From Alphaproteobacteria bacterium (GTDB taxonomy: Bacteria > Pseudomonadota > Alphaproteobacteria > UBA828), in contig OZ243972.1 in the NCBI GenBank assembly GCA_965214705.1, positions 640,001-704,000 on the forward strand: a stretch of 64,000 bases of DNA, read 5' to 3'. The position numbers were made by a program, and so were the translations under genes. The notes beneath the pieces were generated by a model, which was not told the DNA's origin, made no database searches, and saw only the letters and a list, made by a program, of their open reading frames with translations. Below are positions 34,198 through 42,659 of the stretch, piece by piece (within the stretch, counting starts at the first letter, position 1; each line of letters begins with the position of its first letter).

Positions 34198-34596
34198 ATG
34201 AACGATAGTGAACGCCGCAATCTCGCGGTGATTACCGAGGTCTGCGACGCCTATAACCGGCACGACGTGGAGGGCATTGTCCGGCACTTCGCCGAGGACT
34301 CGTCCTGGCTGCTCTCGCGCGGCGTGCCGCCCGAGGGGGGGCGCGCAAGAGGGATAGACGAGATCCGCGCCATGGCGCACAAGCGCTTTCGTACCATCCC
34401 AGACATGTACTGGCACATTCGCAGCCACTGGGTCGGCGGCAACCGGGGCTGCTCCGAGTGGACCGTCACTGGCACCGAATCCAACGGCAACAAGATCAAC
34501 TGGCTCGGCTGCGACATCTGGGAGCTGAACGACGACGGCAAGGTCGTCACCAAGGACACCTACTGGAAGTTTGCGGGCGAGGAGCCGCCGGAATAG
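34198..34596 (+). CDS. NTF2/SnoaL-like protein
   Basis: AYNRHDVEGIVRHFAED, SEWTVTGT, GCDIW, KDTYWK. Confidence 0.88.
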   Translation: MNDSERRNLAVITEVCDAYNRHDVEGIVRHFAEDSSWLLSRGVPPEGGRARGIDEIRAMAHKRFRTIPDMYWHIRSHWVGGNRGCSEWTVTGTESNGNKINWLGCDIWELNDDGKVVTKDTYWKFAGEEPPE

Positions 34597-34612
34597 GCAC
34601 GGCGCCCTGTTG

Positions 34613-34642
34613 TTGACAGCGTTCCGACCGGCTCTGTAAACA
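34613..34642 (+). promoter_or_regulatory. sigma70-type promoter of tRNA-Ser
   Basis: TTGACA..TAAACA followed by a GC-rich discriminator. Confidence 0.5.
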
Positions 34643-34671
34643 GCAGGGCCGCGCCGGCGCGGGACACCGCC

Positions 34672-34764
34672 GGAGGGATGGCCGAGTGGTCGAAGGCGGC
34701 GGTTTGCTAAACCGTTGTACGGTGACAAGCCGTACCGTGGGTTCGAATCCCACTCCCTCCGCCA
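34672..34764 (+). tRNA. tRNA-Ser (GCT)
   Basis: GGAGGGA/TCCCTCC acceptor stem, anticodon loop TT-GCT-AA, long variable arm, GTTCGAATC, 3' GCCA. Confidence 0.97.
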
Positions 34765-34889
34765 TCTCTCCTGCTCGACTGTATCCAGGAGGCGCCAAAA
34801 AACATCTTAGAGTCCGCAGCTTACCTCGACTTATGCCGTTGTCTGTTCCCACCGCTTTGTATATGTTCCCAACATTGGTGTTGGCATGA

Positions 34890-36098
34890 ATGTGGGGATG
34901 GGAAGTGTCGAAACTGACAGCTGCGGGGATACGGAGCCTGAAGACGCCTGGCATGCACGGCGACGGAGCCGGGCTCTACCTCAAGATCTCACGCACCGGC
35001 GCCCGGTCGTGGATACAGCGCGTGGTGATCTCAGGGAAACGGCGAGACATCGGTCTGGGTCGGTTCCCGGATGTCGGCCTTGCCCAGGCACGCGATAGTG
35101 TAACGAACAACCGCAGGCTGATCGCGGCCGGCGGCGATCCGCTCGCCGAGAAGCGCAGGGTCGCCACCCCAACGTTTCGGGAGGCCGCCGAGCGCACGTA
35201 CGAAGCGAACAAGCCGCGCTGGCGCAACGGCAAGCACACGGTGGGCTGGTGGCAGTCGCTGGAGCGGCACGCCTTCCCGATCATCGGCGACTTGCCCGTT
35301 GACCAGATCGGCCGAGAGGACGTGCTGCGCATCCTTACACCAATTTGGCATGTACGCATGGAGACCGCGCGGCGCGTCAGGCAGCGCATCCGCACGATCC
35401 TCAAGTGGGCCATGGCTCACGGATATGTCGAGAACAACGTCGCGGGCGAGACGATCGACGGCGCGTTACCGCCCATGCCGAGGGTCAAGAACCATTTTCG
35501 AGCGATGCCTTACGGCGAGGTGCATGAGGTGATCGAGGCCGTAAGGGGATCGAGAGCCTCCCTGGCGTCCAAGTGGTGTCTCGAGTTCCTGATCCTGACA
35601 GCCGCGCGGTCAGGCGAGGCGCGCGGCGCTTGCTGGTCAGAGATGGATACGGACACCGCCACTTGGACCGTCCCGGCCGAGCGCATGAAGGCCAAGGTCG
35701 AGCACCGCGTACCGCTCTCGCCTCGCGCCATGGCAATCCTGGCGGAAGCCAAGTCCATCCAGCATTTCGCGAGCGACCTCGTGTTCCCGTCTCCTCTGCG
35801 GCCGGGCAAGTCGATGAGCGACATGACCCTGACCAAGCTGCTGCGCGATCTCGCATTCGCCGATCGCACCACAGTCCACGGATTCCGGTCGAGCTTCCGG
35901 GACTGGGCGGGCGAGTGCACAAACGCGCCGCACGCGGTCATGGAGCTCTGCTTGGCCCACGCGGTGGGCAGCGCCGTTGAGGCGGCCTATGCGCGGTCTA
36001 CGCTGCTTGAGAAGCGCCGCGCTCTTATGGAGCAATGGGCGGCCTACCTGGAGGGCGAGGAAGGACGCGTCGTGCCGATGGTGCGCCACCTTGGATAG
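34890..36098 (+). CDS. P4-like tyrosine integrase
   Basis: HGDGAGLYL, GLGRFPDVGLAQAR, TAARSGEAR, RMKAKVEHRVPLS, HGFRSSFRDW, LAH, AYAR; the true start may be GTG at about 34905. Confidence 0.95.
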   Translation: MWGWEVSKLTAAGIRSLKTPGMHGDGAGLYLKISRTGARSWIQRVVISGKRRDIGLGRFPDVGLAQARDSVTNNRRLIAAGGDPLAEKRRVATPTFREAAERTYEANKPRWRNGKHTVGWWQSLERHAFPIIGDLPVDQIGREDVLRILTPIWHVRMETARRVRQRIRTILKWAMAHGYVENNVAGETIDGALPPMPRVKNHFRAMPYGEVHEVIEAVRGSRASLASKWCLEFLILTAARSGEARGACWSEMDTDTATWTVPAERMKAKVEHRVPLSPRAMAILAEAKSIQHFASDLVFPSPLRPGKSMSDMTLTKLLRDLAFADRTTVHGFRSSFRDWAGECTNAPHAVMELCLAHAVGSAVEAAYARSTLLEKRRALMEQWAAYLEGEEGRVVPMVRHLG

Positions 36099-36195
36099 GC
36101 CACGTTGCCCCTGCCTGGAAGGGCGCTCTCCCCCTGTCCCTCCTCGCCTCCACGCCCTCGTCGATCAGGATGGCCCCTTCCTGATCGAACACAGC

Positions 36196-36936
36196 TTGGC
36201 GGACCTGAAGCAATACCTAAGTGAGAAAGATCGGATCGACCACTTCAAAGCGTGCCAAAGCTTGGTCGTTGATAATCCAAAACCTGATGACGGAGGGGAT
36301 GATGATCCAGAGTTTGATCGGGGCTGGAATGTAGCGGCCACTGAAGAGAAGCGCTTTAGTCCATTCTTGGAGCCTGCGTCGAGAGATAGAGAGGCAGCGG
36401 AGAAGATCGACTCTCGGCGCGAGTTGATGGCCAGGCACATCTTGAATGTCGAGGACGGAATGCTAGCCGGATTGACCTACCAAGACGCCATTGTGCGCTA
36501 CAAGGCTTTCGGCATGCTCGATGTCTACTACCGGTTTGGTGCATGTCTGCGATGCCGAAAGTGGGTGGAACAGGCCAAGATCGACCCGCGAGCCGACAGT
36601 TTATTGCGTCATCTCGTGGCTCTGATTGTCAGTTTGGGGGAGCCGATTCCGCCCAGTCTACGAAATTGGGCGGGTGCCGCACTGTTCACTGATCGTCTGG
36701 AGCGCCGACGGGGACCGAAACCGATGAAGTGGAGGCGCGACCAGAAGATTACTTTGGCAATCGATATCTTGACCAATCTGACAAACTCGAAACTGAAGGA
36801 TGCGCTGGAGATAGTTGCAGAGGCGTGTCGAAAGGAAGGCCTCATCGATGCGGACCCGGAGACCATCAAGAAAATACGGGACCGGGTGAGGAAGAAGGCG
36901 AAGAAGAGGGAGGCGAAGGCAGACGCGGTCTCCTAA
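36196..36936 (+). CDS. hypothetical protein (start uncertain), possible C-terminal HTH
   Basis: Open frame between the integrase and alpA; RRRGPKP..RD..I..A.. is a pattern often seen in genes at this position. Confidence 0.6.
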   Translation: MADLKQYLSEKDRIDHFKACQSLVVDNPKPDDGGDDDPEFDRGWNVAATEEKRFSPFLEPASRDREAAEKIDSRRELMARHILNVEDGMLAGLTYQDAIVRYKAFGMLDVYYRFGACLRCRKWVEQAKIDPRADSLLRHLVALIVSLGEPIPPSLRNWAGAALFTDRLERRRGPKPMKWRRDQKITLAIDILTNLTNSKLKDALEIVAEACRKEGLIDADPETIKKIRDRVRKKAKKREAKADAVS

Positions 36937-37024
36937 CAGGGACACAATTCCGCGAATTCTGTCTCTCGTGCGGGCAGCAATTATTACCTATTCCTGGGCA
37001 AGTTCGATGAACAGGAGCGGGCCC

Positions 37025-37270
37025 ATGGCCACAAATGGCACACCAGCAACCGACCTGATGGCGGACAGGCTGCTACGCCGGCCCGAGGTCGAGGAGATAA
37101 CCTGCATGAGCACCTCGCGACTCTACGCCGCAATGCGAGAGGGGCGCTTTCCGCTTCCAAAGCGTATCGGGCCTGGGTCAAACGGCGCAGTCGCGTGGCG
37201 CCTCTCCGACATCCAGAAGTGGCTGGCAGATCTCCCCGATGCGAAGCGCCAGCACGCGGGCAAGTCATGA
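37025..37270 (+). CDS. alpA: AlpA-family excisionase/regulator
   Basis: RLLRRPEVEEITCMSTSRLY..MREGRFPLP..GAVAWRLSDI; AGGAG RBS. Confidence 0.9.
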   Translation: MATNGTPATDLMADRLLRRPEVEEITCMSTSRLYAAMREGRFPLPKRIGPGSNGAVAWRLSDIQKWLADLPDAKRQHAGKS

Positions 37271-37274
37271 TCCT

Positions 37275-37679
37275 ATGGTTCGAAAAGGAACGCGCCCGCC
37301 TGGATGCAGGGTCCAGGACGGGCGCGGCGGATCTCATAATCGACACGAGACCGCAAATAACTTAGCCCGCACCCGCGGCGCTCGCAACAGCGCCACGGTC
37401 TACCCTGCCCGCAAGCCCGCATGCCCGACCTGCGGGACACCGCCGGCGACCAAGACTGTGCTCGAGGTGGGCGTCGAGCTGCAGGAGGTCCTGCCGAAGA
37501 CCAAGCACGGCGAGAGCGGCGGCAAGAAGCCTAGGAGCTCGGACGTCGAGCGCCGGATCCGCGAGGCGCGGCGGTCCCACGATCCCTGTGTGGAGATCGA
37601 GCGGATCCGCCACGAGCAGGGCTACCCTGAAGGCTGGTTCGAGCAGATCGCGGGCCTCTGCGGGATCTTGCCCCCGTGA
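37275..37679 (+). CDS. hypothetical protein with CxxC
   Basis: CPTCG; GTGA overlap with the primase start. Confidence 0.5.
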   Translation: MVRKGTRPPGCRVQDGRGGSHNRHETANNLARTRGARNSATVYPARKPACPTCGTPPATKTVLEVGVELQEVLPKTKHGESGGKKPRSSDVERRIREARRSHDPCVEIERIRHEQGYPEGWFEQIAGLCGILPP

Positions 37680-40132
37680 AGACGTTGCTCGACTACCTCC
37701 GCGAGGACGGCATCGAGCCGCGCAAGGAAGGCAGCCGGTGGGTGGCGCTCTGTCCCTTCCACCAAGAGAAGACCCCATCCTTCAGCATCGATCTCGAGAA
37801 GGGGAAAGGAGGCCTCTACAAGTGCTTTGGCTGTGGCGAGGGGGGTGATTGCGTCACCTACCTCGAGAAGGCCCGTAAACTCACTAAGAAGGCGGCCCTT
37901 CGCTTGCACAAAGGGTCGCCTTCTAATGGGGCACAACCGAGCCGTGAAGGCCTCGACCGCTCCCCGGATCACAAGGCCAACGCCAAGCCTAAACAACCTC
38001 CGTTCGTTACCGAGCTGCCCCGGAACGCGCTCGCGATTTGGGATTACGTGGACGCTGAAGGCCGGCTCAAGTTCAAAATCGCGAAGCTCCCGCCGGGCCC
38101 CGACGGCAAAAGGAGGTTCTGGCCCTACACGCGCGGCAAGAAGGGGAACAAACGCGGCTGGATCATCAAGAACCTCATGAAGAAGGATCGCCCGCTCTAC
38201 CTTCTGCCCCGGCTCCTAAAGGCCCCCAAGGGCCAGCAGGTCATCGTCGTCGAGGGCGAGAAGTGCGTCCACGCGACGCTCGAGGCGTTTCCGAAAGCCT
38301 GCGTCACCACTTGGTCACACGGCACCCAATCATGGCGGCTCACCGATTTCTCGCCGATCTACGGCCGCAAGGTCCTGCTCGTCTCGGACGCCGACGAGAC
38401 CGGGCGCGAGGCGATGACTGGAATCGTTCAACTTCTCGTGAAGCACGAGTGCAAGGTGCGCGTCGCGCTCCCCCTCGGCGAAAGCGGTGACGACATTGCC
38501 GACGAGTTCGAGAAGGGCGGCACCGAAGGCGCCGCCAACTGGCTCAAGGGCCTGGCGAAGGACTACGAGCCGCCGAAGCTCCAAGTCGCAGTTACACCGG
38601 GCTCGGGCGAAGCCGCGGACACGCCGGGTGCCGGCGGTACCGCAGACACGCCGGATGAGCGCGCGGCCCCAAACGCGCCGGACTCACCGGACGCAGGCGA
38701 AGCCACAGATACGACGGATATAGCAGACAGCACGGACTGGACTAAAGATCTCCTTAAGCGAGCGGAGAATGACCCCGGCGCTCCGTTCGAGCCGGAAATC
38801 GTAGAGAAGATAAGGAAACTTAAGCACACCAACATGGCCTCGTGGATGCGCCTTAGAGCCAGTCTGCGGTTCAAGGCTAAGGTGCCTGTCGGAGAGCTTG
38901 ACAGAGAACTGAAAAAGAGGAGCCAAGATCTGGAACTCCTAGCCTCGCGAGGGCAGACATTGGAGTGGCCGGAGGATGAGCTCTGGCACGACAAAGTAAA
39001 CGGTGACGAATTGCTAGGTGAACTGGCCGCACAGTTCAAATTCCATGTCGACATGTCGGAGGCGCAGGCCGATACCGCGGCACTATGGGTCATGTATTCG
39101 TGGTCACATAATCAATGGGAAATATCGACCTTCCTGAACATCACAAGCGCGACAAAGCGGTGCGGCAAGTCCCTGTTGGTGGAGGTGATTGAGGAATTCG
39201 CAATTCGCCCGCTGAACTTAAGCGGGCACACAACATCGGCAGCTCTATTCCGTACGATCGAGCAGCATCGGCCAACAATTCTTCTCGACGAGGCCGATAC
39301 GTACCTTAGAGAAGATGAAAACTTGCGTGGCCTAATCAATGGCTCTCAACGCCTAAAGGGCGCTCAAGCATTGCGCATGGTCAAACTGGGAGACATTTGG
39401 CAACCAGCTTGCTTTGCCACATACTGCCCCAAGGTCATCGTCGGAATCGGCACTGTTCCCGGTACAATACTTGATCGCTCAATCGTGATTGAGCTGGAAC
39501 GTCGCACGTCGGGCGCCAAGAATATGCCGTTCTGGGGGGACCGCAATAAGGAAGAGACGCAAGCCATCCGGCGGAAAATGGCCCGATGGACGAATGACAA
39601 TGGCGCGTCGCTGGCTAAACCACGGCGTGATGTGGTCTTCCCGCCCGGCCTCCACGACCGGGCCCGCGACGCTTGGGCACCGTTGCATTCGATCGCCGAA
39701 TGCGCAGGCGGAGAGTGGGCCGAGACAAACGGTCGCGCGTGGAGAGCCTGCATGGCCATCACGGCTGCTACCATCGATGAGACGGACATAGCAGAAATAC
39801 TGCTGGCCGATATGCGGCAGGTGTTTTACGAAGCAGCGGATCCGCCGCATCTGCCAACCGGCAAACCTGACGCTGCTTACGACAATTTTAGTCCCGCCAT
39901 CCTCCCGGCACTAATCGCAATGGAGGGGCACCCTTGGTCGGAATATTCACGCAATCGGCCACTATCTCCGCGTGGTCTGGCGAAGCTGCTCAAGCGCTTC
40001 AAGATCACGCCGTGCACGATCCGGCTCGAGGCGGGTGCAACGCCGAAGGGATACAAGCTCGAATCGTTCGTGCCGGTTTGGAAGCGCTACGACATTGGCA
40101 AGCCCGAGGACCCTCCCGATCCTATGGGCTGA
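37676..40132 (+). CDS. primase/replicase: CHC2 zinc finger, TOPRIM and DUF3631-type ATPase region
   Basis: CPFHQEKTPSF..YKCFGCG; VVEGEKC..DADETG; SATKRCGKS, LLDEAD, LSPRGLAKLLKRF..KGY. Confidence 0.9.
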   Translation: MKTLLDYLREDGIEPRKEGSRWVALCPFHQEKTPSFSIDLEKGKGGLYKCFGCGEGGDCVTYLEKARKLTKKAALRLHKGSPSNGAQPSREGLDRSPDHKANAKPKQPPFVTELPRNALAIWDYVDAEGRLKFKIAKLPPGPDGKRRFWPYTRGKKGNKRGWIIKNLMKKDRPLYLLPRLLKAPKGQQVIVVEGEKCVHATLEAFPKACVTTWSHGTQSWRLTDFSPIYGRKVLLVSDADETGREAMTGIVQLLVKHECKVRVALPLGESGDDIADEFEKGGTEGAANWLKGLAKDYEPPKLQVAVTPGSGEAADTPGAGGTADTPDERAAPNAPDSPDAGEATDTTDIADSTDWTKDLLKRAENDPGAPFEPEIVEKIRKLKHTNMASWMRLRASLRFKAKVPVGELDRELKKRSQDLELLASRGQTLEWPEDELWHDKVNGDELLGELAAQFKFHVDMSEAQADTAALWVMYSWSHNQWEISTFLNITSATKRCGKSLLVEVIEEFAIRPLNLSGHTTSAALFRTIEQHRPTILLDEADTYLREDENLRGLINGSQRLKGAQALRMVKLGDIWQPACFATYCPKVIVGIGTVPGTILDRSIVIELERRTSGAKNMPFWGDRNKEETQAIRRKMARWTNDNGASLAKPRRDVVFPPGLHDRARDAWAPLHSIAECAGGEWAETNGRAWRACMAITAATIDETDIAEILLADMRQVFYEAADPPHLPTGKPDAAYDNFSPAILPALIAMEGHPWSEYSRNRPLSPRGLAKLLKRFKITPCTIRLEAGATPKGYKLESFVPVWKRYDIGKPEDPPDPMG

Positions 40133-40178
40133 CACTCCTACGTACTCGATCCATCAGTGTCGAATACGGCAAACTCGT

Positions 40179-41090
40179 CTACGCTCGTTTCGTTATCGTC
40201 TCCGCCAGCGAGGCCTGCACGCCGCCGAGGTCCAGTTCGCCGTCCTTGTCCGGGCTGACCGCTTCGAACCGCGTGAACCCGAGCAACGAGACGACCTCGC
40301 GCAGCCGGTGCACCAGTACCAGCTTGTCGACGGTGCCGAGCAGTCCGTCCTCGCCGGAGTCCCGGGACCCACGCTCCGGCGTCTCGGCGTGAAATGTGGA
40401 CCGTGGATCGTCCTCGCCGATTCGTGCATCGCCGTTGTCGAGGATTTCGAACTCGGCGGCCTCGATGGGGATGTCCTGCCGTTCCCCGCTTCCTGCCTGG
40501 CGCGTGAATTCCGAGATCACTATATCGTCGGCAACATCTTCGAAGGCCGCATCGAGCTCCGGTATCCTGCGGAAGTTCTCCAGCATCCCCAGATCGTCGG
40601 CCGCCTTGAGCCGTTCGTAGTGTCTCGATACCTTCGCGGCCAGCGCGGCATCGAACTCCGGCAGAGAGATGACGCGCATCGTCTGCGGGAAGTAGGCATC
40701 GCTCGCCGTGCGCACCAGAAGCCGATACGGCTCGCCGCAGGCTTCCCGGGCATACAGACCGATCCACGGCCGCTTCCCCTCGTAATGGCCGAGCGCCCCG
40801 GTGCCGGGGCTGGATGCTTCGTAGAGCGAACGTTCCTCGCCGCATTCGTACACGCCGAAGGTGTCGCCGATGTCCGCGCCGGTGCCGCACTCTTCCAACC
40901 ACAGCGGCTATTCGCAGGTCCTGCCGCTCGAATGAACGAACACCCTCCAATCGAGATCGTCGATGTGGCCCTTGCAGCAGCCGCATACGAAGCGCACCGG
41001 GACCACCGGCCAGGGCTTGCCGTCCTCGTCCCGGAACCGGCGCTTGTCCAGGTGCTCCCATCGCACCAGACTTCGGTGGCGCCATTGCGG
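40179..41090 (-). pseudogene. drmB: DISARM DrmB (DUF1998-type) internal fragment with an internal stop
   Basis: VPVRFVCGC.KGHIDD, RPW, LLVRTASDAYFPQ..VISLP, LVHRLREV..LLGFTRFE; the C-terminal DUF1998 domain is missing. Confidence 0.7.
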
Positions 41091-41329
41091 GTCGCGCCAC
41101 GGGATGCCGCGCAGATCGACGGGGTCGAGCAGCAGCGCCCGGACATCGACGTACCCGCGGTTGGCGGCCGCAGCGACCTGCCTGGCGATTATCGATTTGG
41201 CCGCGTCGGGCGGCCCCCAGACTAAATGGTCGGCTGGCGGGCCTAGACCAGGAGAGCGAAGACGTCGGCGAGCTCGCTCGGGCGCAGTGTGTAGTCGGCG
41301 GAGATGGTCTCGGGAAGGGTCATCGGCAT
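41090..41329 (-). pseudogene. MoxR-type AAA ATPase N-terminal fragment
   Basis: LRPSELAD..WGPP..AKS..DVRALLLDPVDLRGIPW, with stops and a frameshift. Confidence 0.65.
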
Positions 41330-41479
41330 GCTCCGGATGGCAGGGAGGCGGCGCGGGCTCCCACCGGGTGCCCAACCGTCACCGGGACCTCAGCGGCCCT
41401 CTGCTCGTTGTGCTGCGGGGGCTTGTAGCCGGCACGCCATGCGGAGAGCCGGCGCCGGGCTGGCGTGTGCGGGCAGGCG

Positions 41480-41760
41480 CTGACCGGGCTGGCCAGGTTT
41501 TCGAAATCGCCGCCGGCGACCGGGGGAACGCCCGTCACCTCTGGAAGCGGCAGGAGCGTTGGCGACAGCGTGTGGCCGATGCGTCGCTCAAGCGCCGCGT
41601 AGGTGTGGTAGAGGTCGCGACGGAGGTTGGCCGCCCGGCGCAAATCGGCGCGTGATGCCAGGATGCAGAAGCTGCAACTCAGCCTCGACATGCCGGCGGA
41701 GTATCGATAGCCCTTTCTGCCGTGTGCCCCGGAGGTGGTGAAGGCGTCCGATTGCCGGCG
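41480..41760 (-). pseudogene. PAPS-reductase-family C-terminal fragment
   Basis: Y.AGMSRLSCSFCILASRADL..AA..YAALERRIGHTLSP. Confidence 0.65.
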
Positions 41761-41913
41761 TGGCGGCCAATGCCTGCCGAAGGCACCGCGGTCGCCGTCC
41801 GAGCCCGTCGCGCGGCAAATGAATTGAGAGATGGGCCGTGCGGATGCTACAGCTTGCGCCGTGCTCGCCACGGAACGGCCAGTTCAACACTAGCCGGCGA
41901 TGGAGATGTCCGC

Positions 41914-42177
41914 ATGATCGACGAAGCCGCCTTGACGAAAGGCCAGCTCCGAAAGCTGAATGCCCTGCGCAAGTCTGTCGGCCCTGCCATTGCCGACGAG
42001 GCATTTTCGAAATGGCTCGAACAGTCTGTCGGAGCGCCGAAGACGGACGAAAATGCCGAAATCATCTCCAATGCCTTGTGGGACATGATCCAGGAAGGCA
42101 GGCTTTCGATCCGACGCGGCGGTTATGTCGTTCGGCGGGGCCGGGGGCGCGTGATCGTCGAGCCCCGCGAGAACTGA
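41914..42177 (+). CDS. hypothetical 87-aa protein
   Basis: GGAG RBS; LTKGQLRKLNALRKSVG..RRGRGRVIVE. Confidence 0.7.
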   Translation: MIDEAALTKGQLRKLNALRKSVGPAIADEAFSKWLEQSVGAPKTDENAEIISNALWDMIQEGRLSIRRGGYVVRRGRGRVIVEPREN

Positions 42178-42186
42178 CGGCCCGGA

Positions 42187-42498
42187 TTGCAAGAAGAGTC
42201 AGGGAGCGCTCAACTGAGCAAATCGGATCTTGTGCGACGTATCGTGGGAGAAACCGGACTGACCAGGCCGGATGCCGAGGCCGCCGTCAACTCCATGCTG
42301 TCCGGCATCGCCGCTTCACTCGCGCGAGGGGAGGCCGTCAGCCTTTCGGGCTTCGGGACCTTCGGCACCAGGAGCCGCCCCGCCCGCACGTGGCGAAATC
42401 CGAGGACCGGCGAGAGCCTGAAAATCGCCGCCTCGACCACGCCGACTTTCAAGGCCGGCAAGCCGTTGCGGGATGCCGTGAACGCAGGCGGGTCCTGA
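42187..42498 (+). CDS. HU-family DNA-binding protein (non-ATG start)
   Basis: SKSDLV, GFGTF, RNPRTGE, FKAGKPLRDAVN. Confidence 0.88.
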   Translation: MQEESGSAQLSKSDLVRRIVGETGLTRPDAEAAVNSMLSGIAASLARGEAVSLSGFGTFGTRSRPARTWRNPRTGESLKIAASTTPTFKAGKPLRDAVNAGGS

Positions 42499-42659
42499 TC
42501 GGCGTGGCCGCCGGCCGAGGACAAGCGGGGACAGGAGAGGCCGCATGTTGAATTCGGCTGCATTCCATTCGAAGACAGCGCGTGCTCCGGCGGAACCACC
42601 AGGCCGAGGGAAATCAAGCCGGGACAACGGGTTGATGCACGGCCACCGTCTCAGCTACT

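Noticed and set aside
34672-34764. Long-arm tRNA as tRNA-Sec or a suppressor tRNA
   Set aside because: The GCT anticodon and 7-bp acceptor stem indicate an ordinary tRNA-Ser.
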